Shown: positions 24,374-36,900 of the stretch, in pieces
Numbering within the stretch: position 1 is the stretch's first letter
Layout: every line of letters begins with the position of its first letter
DNA from: a virus
IMG/VR virus record: IMGVR_UViG_3300042453_001086
Location: 125,883-189,882 of that record
Reading direction: 5' to 3' (one strand)
Length of the DNA: 64,000 nt
Position numbers and translations under genes: made by a program
The notes under the pieces: model-generated
The model's database searches: none
Told to the model about the DNA's origin: nothing
Seen by the model: only the letters and a program-made list of their open reading frames with translations

Positions 24374-24742
24374 TCAAAGTTCGTTTGTCCAGGCAAGTTT
24401 TCCTTCTTCATCATAAATCATGCAATCAATAATAAATTTTGGATTTATTTCTTTTATTTGCGAATAATAAGGAAAATACATTTCTGCGTGTGCCAGGGCA
24501 AGATCAAAGTTAGGAAACTTCAAAAATCCCCAATCCGAATTTTTTATTAGAGTAAATATTTCTAATGGCATTTTATCTTTATAAAAATCCCAAGCAGCAT
24601 TTATAGTATTTACATCGTTACTATACTTCCAAGTAGGAGTAAACACTAAAATGCATTGTTTAATAGAAGATGCATACTCTTCTAAAACTTCTGCTAAAGT
24701 GAAACAATCATTTTCCATAATCGACTCCCGTAAAATTTCCAA
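24374..24742 (-). CDS. hypothetical protein
   Basis: 122 aa, last gene of the fibre operon. Confidence 0.65.
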   Translation of the reverse strand: MEILRESIMENDCFTLAEVLEEYASSIKQCILVFTPTWKYSNDVNTINAAWDFYKDKMPLEIFTLIKNSDWGFLKFPNFDLALAHAEMYFPYYSQIKEINPKFIIDCMIYDEEGKLAWTNEL

Positions 24743-25394
24743 ACTTTCTCATTAATCGCATTTTAATATTCAAAATATCATTATAAGCATCCGAACCAAT
24801 CTTTTCTAAGATATCTAAAGAATATTTAGACCACATAAAATAATAATCAGCCATCATATTTCGAATATCAATATCAGAAATACAAGATTCCACCCACAAA
24901 ACACAAACTTTTCTAATACCAGATTTAACTGGATTAATTTTGTGCTTGACACCAGTTGGATATATTAAACATTGTCCAGATTTTAACTTGTACGAATATT
25001 CTTGATTTCCTATAGTAAGTTGAAGTTCTCCACCTTCATATTCTTCTGGATCATTTAAAAATATAGTTACACTACAATCGGTTCTACCTCCGTTTTCCAT
25101 ACTATAGTCATCAACATGAGAGTTATAGTACATTCCAGATTCATATTTTGCAAATAAAACACCAGAATATTGTTTTGCTGTTGTAATATTTAAAAATGTT
25201 TCTGATTTATTTAACTTTTTTACTACATACTGCTGAAGTTTAGACCATTCATATCCTTTGGATATTTCTAGATTATTTTTTAGGTCTTTTACAATACCAC
25301 CAGATGTTTTTCCTTCACGAAAATCAGCAGAATCAAATAAATCATTTACATATTTCAAATCTTCACCATCCAAAAGATCAATAACATAAATCAT
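24708..25394 (-). CDS. PKHD-type 2OG-Fe(II) hydroxylase
   Basis: YNSHVD, TIFLNDPEEYEGGEL, IYPTGVKHKINPVKSGIR. Confidence 0.9.
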   Translation of the reverse strand: MIYVIDLLDGEDLKYVNDLFDSADFREGKTSGGIVKDLKNNLEISKGYEWSKLQQYVVKKLNKSETFLNITTAKQYSGVLFAKYESGMYYNSHVDDYSMENGGRTDCSVTIFLNDPEEYEGGELQLTIGNQEYSYKLKSGQCLIYPTGVKHKINPVKSGIRKVCVLWVESCISDIDIRNMMADYYFMWSKYSLDILEKIGSDAYNDILNIKMRLMRKFGNFTGVDYGK

Positions 25395-25402
25395 AATATT
25401 TT

Positions 25403-26326
25403 CTATCCCATTTCTGCTTTTTGTATCATTTCGTCCAAACTAGACACTGGTTCTTTATTGACAACGTTTATTTCTATAGATAATGAAGGATCTATTCTTT
25501 CTAATCTACTATTAATATCATCCAATATTGTTTGATATTGATCAAAAGTCATTTGAGTTACATCAATATCTTTAAGTATTTCAGAATCAATACTGATTGA
25601 TGGCATCTTTAAAGTAGATATTAACGCATTTACTCGGGTATTTATCTCAAGGGTAACATAATAGATAAAGTGTGATGAATCAGTTAAATATTCATCGATT
25701 GTTATTTGTGGTGATTTTTCCAAAACTATTTTTGGATCTGCAGGAAAAAATACTTTAGAAAAGTTAGATTCTTGCCATTCTTTAGTTTCTGGCATATCTC
25801 TCAAATATTGTCTATATTTGATCCACATCATCCTCTCTCTTTCATCCATATTCAAAGAAACATCAGATAGCTGCGTCCAATCTGAATCTATTAAAGCAAC
25901 TCTTCTCTTAGAAAGAAAATCTACAGTTATGTAATCGAACTGATTTTTTATTTGTTGTCTTAAAATATCTTTTTGCTGCCTTAGTTGTTGTATTCTAACT
26001 TCTTCAAAATATTTGGCAATAATTTCATATAGTTCTTTTGCCTGAAGTTTACTTAAAACATTAAACTCATAAACATATTTCATATTTTGTTTATGAGTAT
26101 AACTATAAATATCTTTTTCGCGCTCACAAAAATACGATCCATCCTCAAAGAAGGTAAAGTACACCAATCTATCCTTTTCATTCCACCACACAGAAGGTAG
26201 TGTGGTTGTCAAGTTATTAATGTCTTCTTCAGTTAAGGTTACTATTTGTGTTCTATAGTAAATTTGCGACGAAGACAAAATAAACTGAAGTATTGGTTCT
26301 GGAGCAATGATTTCTGATATTGTCAT
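25403..26326 (-). CDS. tail-fibre assembly chaperone-like protein
   Basis: RRVALIDSDWTQLSDV..WIKYRQYLRDMP motif. Confidence 0.75.
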   Translation of the reverse strand: MTISEIIAPEPILQFILSSSQIYYRTQIVTLTEEDINNLTTTLPSVWWNEKDRLVYFTFFEDGSYFCEREKDIYSYTHKQNMKYVYEFNVLSKLQAKELYEIIAKYFEEVRIQQLRQQKDILRQQIKNQFDYITVDFLSKRRVALIDSDWTQLSDVSLNMDERERMMWIKYRQYLRDMPETKEWQESNFSKVFFPADPKIVLEKSPQITIDEYLTDSSHFIYYVTLEINTRVNALISTLKMPSISIDSEILKDIDVTQMTFDQYQTILDDINSRLERIDPSLSIEINVVNKEPVSSLDEMIQKAEMG

Positions 26327-26330
26327 TGTA

Positions 26331-26996
26331 TTAAAAGATATTTGAATGAATATACCAACCTGTTAAAATATATTTATTTTGACTATATACTGTCAATCCT
26401 CTATGGACATGGGTAAATGACGCTGGCCAGATTATACAAGTACCTACACTAGGTTTGATCCTTAACTTTTGGTGAAAAAACTCTGTTTCTCCTTCGCCAT
26501 CTGGCATATCATTTAGATATATCATCCACGTTAAAACTCTCGAACAATGCATCCACCCAGAATCTTCACTATGCCAAATATGATATCCACCCAAGGGTTC
26601 TGTTTTTTGCATTTTAACATCAGTAGAAATCATTTTATATTGAGTCTTTAACTGCCCATAATGATTTATATAATCTAAAAAACAAGATTGTAAATATTGA
26701 TTACATGTATATGTAAGTTGTCTATCGGAATAGTTTAATAAAATACTGGTATCACTCCTACCCAGGTTACCAAGTGTATTGAACTGCTCGTCCCCTTTCA
26801 TTATAGATGGTTGATCTGTATCAGAAGATTCTCCTTTTATAGAAAAACTATTAGTAGAAGTTTCTAAAATATTTTCAAAATAATCAATGTATTTTTTACA
26901 CAAAGATTTTGGCATATGGTTTTTCCAAACACCAATAAAATCGGTAAACTCACCATTCATTAATTCTAATGGTTTTATGGGTACGATTCCACTCAT
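26331..26996 (-). CDS. 2OG-Fe(II) oxygenase (prolyl-4-hydroxylase-like)
   Basis: GGYHIWHSE, WMIYLND..GEGETEF, WPASFTHVHRG. Confidence 0.9.
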   Translation of the reverse strand: MSGIVPIKPLELMNGEFTDFIGVWKNHMPKSLCKKYIDYFENILETSTNSFSIKGESSDTDQPSIMKGDEQFNTLGNLGRSDTSILLNYSDRQLTYTCNQYLQSCFLDYINHYGQLKTQYKMISTDVKMQKTEPLGGYHIWHSEDSGWMHCSRVLTWMIYLNDMPDGEGETEFFHQKLRIKPSVGTCIIWPASFTHVHRGLTVYSQNKYILTGWYIHSNIF

Positions 26997-27002
26997 AATG
27001 TT

Positions 27003-28883
27003 TCAAAATGCTTTAATAAGGTATTTAGCTCTAAAATATGGAGTAAGTAATGTTATAGGTTCAGCAGCTTGCAATCTAACATCAATGGAGTTATCAAAAA
27101 CTGTTCTGGAAGAATCTGATAAAGTTACAATAGAAGGATTCACATTATTTCCTATGTCAGTAACAACATTTATAGTCTTTGATATTGAGTCACCCACACT
27201 ATTATTTGTAGTAACAGATTCTGTGGCAGCTGCCCCTCTACGCAATCCGTCACCTGTTGCTTGAGTTATGGTTAACGGATTTGTTGTCCAGTTTACATTT
27301 AATCTATTATTTGATCCATTTCCTGTTCCATAAGTAGATAATCCTTCTGGAACAACTTCTCCTATGTTAGGCGTATTCCAGTATACCATATGAGAATGCC
27401 TTTGTAAAGGTACTGCTGAAGTTGCACTGGTATAATCAAAACTATCACCACCACTACCCAATAGACCAACTTTGGCGATTCCAAAACTATCATATACGTT
27501 TTGTGGTGGATTTTGATCACCATCTGTGCCAGCGCCAGAAAGTTCCTGTGCTGGACTTCCATCCCAAAACCCTGTTCCAGTAGAAGGATTCACATTTTGT
27601 GTTAAAGTAACCTGCAAGTTATTTACTCTATTCGCAGCAGGAATCGTAAATGTAAACTCTTTCCATGCAGCAATATATGCATCATAAGATTCAAATCCAT
27701 CATTATTATTAGAAGTTCCAGATTCAGATTTAGTTGGATTATAAAAAACCCAAGAAGATTCTAAAAGAATGGAACTAGCACCACCACCAAATGATATTTT
27801 TAAACTATCGAACTGACTATTTACTCTTTCCCCACCATTTGCATCATTACCTCCTATAGCCAATATAACAAAAGTATCTGCATTTGCAGCATTTAATCTA
27901 AAAGTTGCCGATCTGTTCTGAACAAAAGGTCCAGTATCTCCACCAAATGCCAAATAACTACTTCCAGCATTTCCACCTGGATTCGAAAATCCATTTGTTT
28001 CGCTTGTTCCTGGTCCGTAAGATCTCACAACAGTTCCTGGTCCTAAAGTGAGTGTATTTCCACCCGAAGGCAAAGCATCAACTGGTTGGTAAAAGAAGAA
28101 ATCGCCAAACCCATCTGCATTTCCTGGCCATGGCCTCCTAGTTCTATTGAAACTCAAAACCGATCCTTGCGCTTCTTGCACAAATGGATCTTTAGGATCT
28201 TGAGGAGCTCCGTGAGCTGTGCGATTTCCAACGTCAACGGTTGTAGTATCATGTGTATGTAAAGGAACACCAGATACAGAAGCATCTCTAACAGGACCAA
28301 CACCAAAGCTAACAGTTCCTGTTAATACTGGTTCCGCTACCACAACAACACTAGAAAATCCCTGAGATCTGAATGTACCCAAACTAAATGTATCAACTGC
28401 ATTACCACCAATACTCACTGGACTACTAGGAGTTCCTGAAGTTATTTCACTTCCTTCAGGCAGTTGTCTTACTGTCGAAAGAGTATATAATCCACCAGTA
28501 GATCCAGCTTCATCTGAAGTTCCATTCCCAGTAAGACCTAAAGCATTTCTAGTTGGAGTTAGAGTTAAACTTCCTCCTCTATTTCCATCTAACGCACCAG
28601 TTCCACATACTTTTTTAGATCTATAATCAGGAAGCCTAAACGTAGTAACACCATCCCCACCATAGGTAGTTCCTATAACAGAATATAAAGCTCTATACTC
28701 AGAAATATTTAAAGTTCTTCCGTCACATTCCAACCACCCAGGATAATCTCTAGAGATTTGCCAATTTGATGCTTCTATTGATTCGGTATTGGATGAAGTA
28801 TAATCATCTGGACGAACAACCGTCATTACAGATCCAATGGCGGCTCCATTTTTTGATAGCTGTTTGTTATATTTTACTGGCAT
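27003..28883 (-). CDS. tail-collar domain (short tail fibre-like) protein
   Basis: PGWLECDGRTLNISEYRALYSVIGTTYGG..FRLPDYR; C-terminal YLIKAF. Confidence 0.8.
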   Translation of the reverse strand: MPVKYNKQLSKNGAAIGSVMTVVRPDDYTSSNTESIEASNWQISRDYPGWLECDGRTLNISEYRALYSVIGTTYGGDGVTTFRLPDYRSKKVCGTGALDGNRGGSLTLTPTRNALGLTGNGTSDEAGSTGGLYTLSTVRQLPEGSEITSGTPSSPVSIGGNAVDTFSLGTFRSQGFSSVVVVAEPVLTGTVSFGVGPVRDASVSGVPLHTHDTTTVDVGNRTAHGAPQDPKDPFVQEAQGSVLSFNRTRRPWPGNADGFGDFFFYQPVDALPSGGNTLTLGPGTVVRSYGPGTSETNGFSNPGGNAGSSYLAFGGDTGPFVQNRSATFRLNAANADTFVILAIGGNDANGGERVNSQFDSLKISFGGGASSILLESSWVFYNPTKSESGTSNNNDGFESYDAYIAAWKEFTFTIPAANRVNNLQVTLTQNVNPSTGTGFWDGSPAQELSGAGTDGDQNPPQNVYDSFGIAKVGLLGSGGDSFDYTSATSAVPLQRHSHMVYWNTPNIGEVVPEGLSTYGTGNGSNNRLNVNWTTNPLTITQATGDGLRRGAAATESVTTNNSVGDSISKTINVVTDIGNNVNPSIVTLSDSSRTVFDNSIDVRLQAAEPITLLTPYFRAKYLIKAF

Positions 28884-28885
28884 GA

Positions 28886-29791
28886 TTAATACTTTATTAA
28901 ATATTCTACTAAAATAAAGGCATGATTTATATCATTAAATGCCGTAGTATTTTCAGAAGCTAAATTTACTGTTGTTGTTATTGGTTCTATCGAAATATTA
29001 TTTACTACAGGAATATTCACAGAAATGTCTTTAGTTGGGTTTGTTCTAGACAACGAATGAAAATGTTGAGTACTGGAGACACTGCCCGCAACACCAACAT
29101 TTACAGTCTCAAACTCAACAACATTAACCCATTCTTCTTGTGGTTCAATATCTCCACCTCTCCTACGATTTCCAACTGCTAGATTTTCAAATCTTGGTGT
29201 TTCTTCTTTCAATCTAGCTGCATTCACATAATGTCCGTGAGCTAATATTTGTTCATCAGTAAAAGTTCCTGGAGCACTTATAGACTCCATAGACATTGCA
29301 TAGTTACCAGAAATAGGAATATTTGTCAGTGGTAAAGTAAAATTTCCACTATATGCAACAGAAATAGAGTTACCCTGATTTAAGTTTAAAGATACTCCAA
29401 TACCTACTTTTTCGGTTTCTGTGCCAGGACTATTTGGATTTGCGGATGTTGCGTCTAAAAATAATCCAGTATTCGAAGAAAATGCTGTTATATATTTACT
29501 ACCCAAATCAGGAAGTTGTATTTCTCCACCATTTCCTTGTTCATCTGCTTCATCTAATGTAGTATTAGGTTTTCTGTAAATACAATCACTGCCAACACCA
29601 ATAACTTCCGCTAATCTTCTATATCTATCAGCAGGAAGAATTGAACCATCGCATCTGAGGTATCCAGCTGGAACGAATGTAGTCCAATCTGTTCCCGAAG
29701 GATCTTTCCCAGATAAAGTTCGAGGAAAAGGAAAAATAGTTCCCGTTGCCCCACCATATTTTCCTTTTTCAAAACTGTAATATTTTGGCAT
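28886..29791 (-). CDS. tail-collar domain protein
   Basis: PAGYLRCDGS..YRRLAEVIG..LPDLG; C-terminal YLIKY. Confidence 0.8.
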   Translation of the reverse strand: MPKYYSFEKGKYGGATGTIFPFPRTLSGKDPSGTDWTTFVPAGYLRCDGSILPADRYRRLAEVIGVGSDCIYRKPNTTLDEADEQGNGGEIQLPDLGSKYITAFSSNTGLFLDATSANPNSPGTETEKVGIGVSLNLNQGNSISVAYSGNFTLPLTNIPISGNYAMSMESISAPGTFTDEQILAHGHYVNAARLKEETPRFENLAVGNRRRGGDIEPQEEWVNVVEFETVNVGVAGSVSSTQHFHSLSRTNPTKDISVNIPVVNNISIEPITTTVNLASENTTAFNDINHAFILVEYLIKY

Positions 29792-29799
29792 TTTTAGTA

Positions 29800-30912
29800 T
29801 TAATATGCTTTTATAATGTACATCATTTGAATAGAAGGAGTAGAAACATTTGCTTCTATTGTCATAACTTCAGTGGTATCAGTATTTATAGGTGTTATAG
29901 TAGTCGAAATATTATTTATTGTGACAACCTGTTTTGTAGCTACATTTCCAGTATTTATAGAATATTGCACATCTATATGACCATGACCAGACATAGATCC
30001 GTTGGCAAAATTAGCAATATTTGTAGAGAGAGTAGTGCCATATATTCCCTGAAAACTATTGCCGCATTCATTGGTATTTCTGCAACCAGTACCATTAACA
30101 TTATACAAAACAGTATCATCACTTTCCAACAAGTAGTTTCTGGTTGGAGTATCTACTCTACGCATATTATAACCATTAGTTCCATATGGAACTCTACCAG
30201 CTCCAACATGCGCTCCGCCATCATAACTAGGCACACAAAAATCATCTTCACTATTATCTGCGTTACTTGTACGCCAATATTCAAAATCGGCACATTCATC
30301 ACTACAAAATCCAGGACATTGAAAAAGAGGAGTTCCATTAGTAAGTTCATTCCCCTGGCAATCTTCTTGCCTCATATTTCTAGGTTTAACACTAGTAAGC
30401 ACCGCAGAGTGAGTATGCGATGCTAAATGAGCATCCCCCAATCTTCTTTCAACAAACCCAAAGCTATCGGCATAAGAAGATTGATTAATATTATGTCCAG
30501 TTGCAGTAGCTCTCAATGTAGTAGCATTTGCATTGTTAAATGTAACAAACAAATCAATATTTGATGATTGAGTTACAATATTTTGGTTTGCGATGTCATT
30601 ATTAGTGCCCAAAAAAGAGGAAAAATTACCAGTATATCCCAGTTCTGTAGAATGCGAGGGGTGATAATCTGTTAATGATCTTCCCGTTATAGAAGGCAGA
30701 GTAAAATTTCCATCTGCTTGACTACCACCATATCTATTTCCTATCACATCATATAAATCTGGATATTCTGATATTCTATAAGTTCTTCCTCCCACACAAG
30801 GCAACCATCCCTTTGGTATACCTCCAGAACCACTTATCTGTCCTGACCATGGGATGATAGTTCCCACAGCCATACCTTTCATAGTTCGTAAGGCGTTATA
30901 GTTAACTGTCAT
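29800..30912 (-). CDS. tail-collar domain protein
   Basis: GTIIPWSG..IPKGWLPC..YPDLYDVIGNRYGG; C-terminal YIIKAY. Confidence 0.8.
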   Translation of the reverse strand: MTVNYNALRTMKGMAVGTIIPWSGQISGSGGIPKGWLPCVGGRTYRISEYPDLYDVIGNRYGGSQADGNFTLPSITGRSLTDYHPSHSTELGYTGNFSSFLGTNNDIANQNIVTQSSNIDLFVTFNNANATTLRATATGHNINQSSYADSFGFVERRLGDAHLASHTHSAVLTSVKPRNMRQEDCQGNELTNGTPLFQCPGFCSDECADFEYWRTSNADNSEDDFCVPSYDGGAHVGAGRVPYGTNGYNMRRVDTPTRNYLLESDDTVLYNVNGTGCRNTNECGNSFQGIYGTTLSTNIANFANGSMSGHGHIDVQYSINTGNVATKQVVTINNISTTITPINTDTTEVMTIEANVSTPSIQMMYIIKAY

Positions 30913-30913
30913 T

Positions 30914-33900
30914 TTAGATCTCCATTAACCACCATCCTTGGAATGTGGTGCTAGCACCAGAATCTGGTCCACAATATATTAACCCAAACCCAGCATTTGG
31001 AGTATTAATGATAAGTTCTCCTCCAGATGAATATACCTGGCCAGAAGGCATACCTATATTTGATCCAGTAGAATCACCCATTATTTTAATACTATTTCTA
31101 GCTCTTATAACCAGTTGACAAGTATTACTTATTTTTCCACCTGTATCGACTATTCTAATCATATCACCACTCTTAGCTGCTGGGATACTACCAACCGCAG
31201 AAGTTCCAGGAAGCATCAAAATAAGTTGAGTATTTGGAGAACCAGACGTTTGTACAAAATAATTGCAGTTTGATCTGAGATTTTCCTCTGAAGTGTTATT
31301 AATAGCATTTTGTGTGTTACTATCATTTTGTATAAAGATCCATTTTCTACCACCAGTAGAAGTAAAGTATTCATCAATTCCACCAAGATCAATAGATCCC
31401 GAATCATTTACAGCAAATCGTTTTGTTCCATTAAAATTAACAACAAAATCACCACCATTAACAGTTAAATCACCAGTTACAGTTAAGTTATCAGCAAAAG
31501 TAGCATCATTATTATTTAATGTAAGAACTGTCGTTCCTCCACTTGATTTAATATCATTACCAGTAACTGTTAAATCTCCCTTAACTTCTACATTCGCTCC
31601 ACTTAACTCTAACGCATCTGCAGAACTAGACTTAATAGTATTACCATTAACAGTTAAATCTCCAAAAATATATGTATCACCTGTCGATGCCTTGACATCG
31701 AATCTAGTAGTTCCACCTACTTGCAGATCAATCAGATCAGAAGAAGCGTTGGAAGAAGTATTAGTTACATTTAACTTAATGCCAGTGAAAGTAGTTGCAG
31801 AACTATTCCAAGTAGCAGTAGCACTTAAAGCGGAAACATTAGTTGTTAGGGTTCCTTGTGTAATAGTGGTAGCACCATTACACATATCTACACTGAATGT
31901 TTCTCCAGTGGTGTTGCTTAACTTAAACTTCCTAGCATCTCCAGTGGAAACACATGATCCAACAAAGTTTAATGGACCATAAACTGTCAATCCACCAAGA
32001 GATGTAGCATCGCTAACTACCGTAGCACCAGTCGTGGAATCAACCTCAAACTTGGTAGAACCAGCACCATTGGTAATGATAAGTTTTTGTGCGGTGGCAC
32101 CCGTTGATGTTCCGATCTTAACAGCCTCACCAGAAGTTCCAGTACTGTTTCTATCAACAAAGATATAATCGCCAGATGCTAATGATCCACCAAACTCAGC
32201 GAGACTGAATACATCAGTGGTTCCAGCGCCGTCTGTATTTGCTGTCAACCAAGTTGCATCTAGAGCTACGTTAACTTTTCTGGTAGTTGTATTATCAGGA
32301 TGATTTGTTTTCTGTGGTAAGAAAGTACCATATGGTTGTCTCTCAACAATAATATAATATGGAGCAGTCGTTGTTCTTCTTAATCCACCAACAGCAACCT
32401 TAACGATTTCTGGGTGTACACCAGAAGCAACTGTACTATCAATAAGAATATCATCTCCTTCAGCATATGTTGGAGCAGATACAAGTGGTAAATAATACTC
32501 ATTTCCAGTTAATGCGACCAGGGCACTTCCATCATTTGCGGTGTATGTACCAATGGCATTTTGAAAGAACGTGCCTCCCCATGGACCAGCACCTGCCGTA
32601 TCGACAGTATTATTAAATCCACTTAGAACAGTGACTAGATCAATATTTTTATCTAAAGGAGCGCCAGTTGGGAATCCAGTGTGAGAAGCGATAGTAGAAC
32701 CAAGAGATGCTCTGGTTCCATTGAATGAGAATGCAGCGGTTCCACCGTCTAATGTAATATTGCCTTTACTTAAAATGGACGCATCAACTGTTAAACTATT
32801 TCTAATAGTTGTAGTTCCGCCCTGTCCGCCGATATTAAGTTCAGAAGCATTTAATCCGAAAGAAATAGTGGAAGCGGATCCAGAGGTCGAGAAGAAGTTT
32901 ACAGATCCAGCATTGGTTCCAAGAGTTACGGTATCAGTGATAAGTTTATTAACACCAATCTGCATATCACCCCAGAACTTAGCAGACTTAGTTTTAACTT
33001 CTAAGAAACTGTTGGATTCATTGGCATTGTAAGCACCACCAAGAGTAATCTTGGACGATGTTGCAGAAGCAGATGGATTACCAACGTCAAATGTTAGATT
33101 TGCAGCACCAGCAGCGATGTTAATATCGTGAGTGCCAGTTCCAACATTTCCGATATTGATAGTTTGTGTTACTGCAGCATTACCAATATTGATTGTCTGA
33201 GTAGATGTTGTTGTATTTGCAATATTGAGAGTAGTTGCTCTCGCTGCAAAGTTTACAGTTGAAGCATAACTACCAATATTAAGAGTACCTGTGAAAGTAG
33301 TATCCTCAACAAAGTTGAAAGATCCAGTAGTTACAGTAGTAGTAATATCACCACCATTAACCTCAATATCTGCTTGGAATCTGAAGTTTCCAGTAACTCT
33401 ACCATCACCATCAATAACGAGGGATCTATCAAGTTCTGCATTGGTTACATTGATACCAACTCTATTTGTAGCAGTCGATAATCTAAATGTTGCTTCATTA
33501 CTTGGATTAGCACTATCGCCACCGATTAAGAATGCATTAGAAACACCATTAAATGTTCTGTTTGTTGGATTAGAGTTTGCAAGGAAGTTATTTGGTGTTA
33601 CAGATAAAGTTTTACCACTGAAGAATGCAGTACCAACAAGATCTAGGTTTGCTCTTGGTGTTGTTTCATCAGAAATAAACGCATTATCATATGCAGAATG
33701 ATTAGCTCTTGCAATCGTGTTTACACCTAACTTGTAATCACCTATATTTGAAGTTTCTGTTCTGATTGCTTCAGTTCCAATAATACCCCATTCTTTCCAT
33801 AATGTATTACTTCTAGAAACTTTAATATTTGGTTGAGTTGTAGTGTTGATAGAGTATGTTTGACTCTCTACGGTGATCTGCTGCCCTTCAGATGGGGTTA

Positions 33901-36900
33901 CATCAAGATAAGTAGCAGAAGAACTAAATGGATTTCCAACCGTATTCGCAACTCTCCAAATGCCATTAAGTGCTGCGATTGGAGCTTGAGCACCAGTAAT
34001 CTTGACCTGAGTAGATTCATTAATATTGAGTAAAGTATTTGTCCAAGCTGGAGATCCAGTTGTATTCCAGTTCAATCGAATAACATTGCCTGTGCCAAAT
34101 CCTTGAATACTTGCAATCTGTGGATTAGTAATACCACTATCGCCAGATTTACTTAATACTGTATAAGTATTAGCAAAAATCCAACCAGCACTACCTGTTA
34201 CATCTGTTTGCGAACCCTTGAGTAAAACATCTCCAGAAATAGGGTTGCTAGAACCAAACTTAATAATCTGTGTGGATGGTTGAAGAATATCACCACCAAA
34301 AGGTGACGCTTGATCAGGAGTTTTATTTGTAATATGTGCTCTAAATGTATATCCTTGTTCACCACGAGCATATAGTCTAATCTTAGCTAAATCAATCGTA
34401 TTCTTTTGAATCTTGATATCACCCGTTTTTTGACCCAGAGACGTGACATTTAAATACCCGTCATCATTATTTGGATCAATATTAGTTTTAACTGTGATAG
34501 CAGGATCAACAGGACCACCAAAATCATCAAGAACTCTTACATTAAAGTAAACAGGCGATGTGAATACACTTGGTTTAGTTCCATCAAAACCTTCTACAGT
34601 AATAATATCCTTGAAAGTAACTGGTACTTCGAAGGTAGTTACCAATGTTCCGATATCTTCATCGCTATCCTCAGATTCAACTAGTTCAGCCGACTCTAAG
34701 AAAGTCTCTTCGCCAGTAATAGCGTTGATCTTTCTATTACCAATATAGAGGTCACCATTAGAGTTCAAACCAGTGTAGAAGACGATACCAGCGTCTTCGC
34801 GCTTAGCTTGAGCATAGAAGTCCTGAACGTCAGTTAAAACGATCTCCTGACGCGCAGGGAAACCAGTTGAGTAGTTACCAGGACCGAAACCTAGATATTC
34901 GAATGTGTGGTTACCAGAACGTGCGATAGATGGTCTACGAAGTTCAATGTAAACTTTTCTTTCTGTAGGATACTGAGAATCTCCCGAAATAGAAATCTTT
35001 CTAGTCTCAGAACCAGCAGAAGCAGGTCCAGACTGTGCTTGAATGGTATTATCTCCAGTGAATGAATAGACTCCAGAACCAGAATCTTGCACGAAATCAA
35101 GAACCGTTTCTTTTGTTAAGGAGTTTTTAGAATCGTTTACTGTTACCAATCCATGAATATAGTTATCAGCTGCAGAAATAGTTGCAGGGGGGTCTTTCAA
35201 GGTATCGTCAAGTGCTCTATACCATTCAGGATCGTTCTTGTAAAACTCAGGATACAGTTTAGAGATAGGTTGCGAGAATCTAAAGTTTCTAAAGTTCTCA
35301 CCTACACCAGATCCAACTGGGAATGGTCTAATATCACCACGAACACAAGTTAGGTAGTAAACACCATCTTGCTGATTTGGGATTCTTCTGCGAATCGTAT
35401 CAACCGAGAAGATGTAATAAGTTCCTTCCAGATCTTCAATGTCGGTTACTTCTGCAATAGTATAACTTACGTTGGTAGAATCTTTTACAATATCTCCAGG
35501 TGTTAATGTATATACATTAGCACCTTCAACTGCATACAGATTTCTATTTTTATCTGTTCTACCACCATCAGGTTCGTCCATCATGATTGCAGATACTGAA
35601 CCTTGCTTAAACGTAGTAGTAACAAAAGGATCAAAATCTAGAGTTGAGTTTCCAGTTACACCCTTAAGAATGAGATGATATTCGTTTTCATACTTTAAAT
35701 ATGCATGTACATAAGCAGATCCAGAGCAAGCACCTTCCCACTCAATAAAGTTATCTTCGTCCAAATCTGTTAAACTTGCTTCAAAAGTACCATCTCCACC
35801 TTGAGGAGAAGTAATCTTCACCGTAGTAAAGATAGTTGTCTTATAAGCAGGATCTACATCATGATCAAATACAGTCAACTCAAGATAGTTAACTCCATTG
35901 ATAGTTCTTTGTCTTGCTGACTGAATATTTGCACTAATCTTTGAGTTAGTTTGAATCTTTACAGGATTTAGATATGGATCATAAACTGTATCATCAAATC
36001 CAGCAGCATTTAGTTGAGAATACGTCCACCCAAGTTTTTCGTTGACTTGCTGACCAGCAGAGTTTAAAGCATAGAATGTTGCAAATGGACTTGCGTTACC
36101 AGTTGGCTTTAAAAGAATCTTTTGGGGTAATAGTTTTCTCTTGGAGTCGGTTCTAATCTTAAACACAAATCCATTCAGAGGATCTCTAACTGTAGTACCT
36201 CTATATGCAGGAATGACAAATCTAAATCTATAAACTCTATCTTGCTTAGATCTTAGATCATTTACTCGTTCATAATAAGAATCCGAAGTTTTAGCATTTG
36301 GTCCAACTGCATCGTCACTATAATCAGATTGCTTCAATCTAGTGATAAGATTACCAGTTCCAGCATCAGAAACAGTATTCAAATACCATCTTCCTTTTGG
36401 AGTATCCGCAGTATCAACAGTAGGATTAAACTTCATTGGCGAACGTTTTTTGCTCGCAAACGTATAGAAAGTTGTTCCACTATTTTCAAAGAACTCTACT
36501 GGGTTTTCATTTGCAATAGCATTTTGAGCTGTTAGATAAATCTTGAACTTTTTAGCAGTAGAAGATCCATTAGCGTCATCCAAATATCTAACGTAATACT
36601 CAGTAGTATCATTAAATAAACCAATGTAAGTATTAGCTGGGTTTGGAAGTGTGGAGTTTGCTCCTAAATCACTACCTGTCCTAAAGAACACTTTTTGTAA
36701 CGTTACTCCAGCATCATTAACTGGTATATCAAAAATATGTGGAGATTCTGTCAAGAACGTTGTAGAATCAAACAGTGTTGTTTTATATTGATGTAGATCA
36801 TAGTTAACATCCAGAACATATTGATAAACATCAATGATTACATTTTCATTGATATTTTCAGTTTCTGGTGAATAGATGTAAATACCAGCAGCAGCATTTT

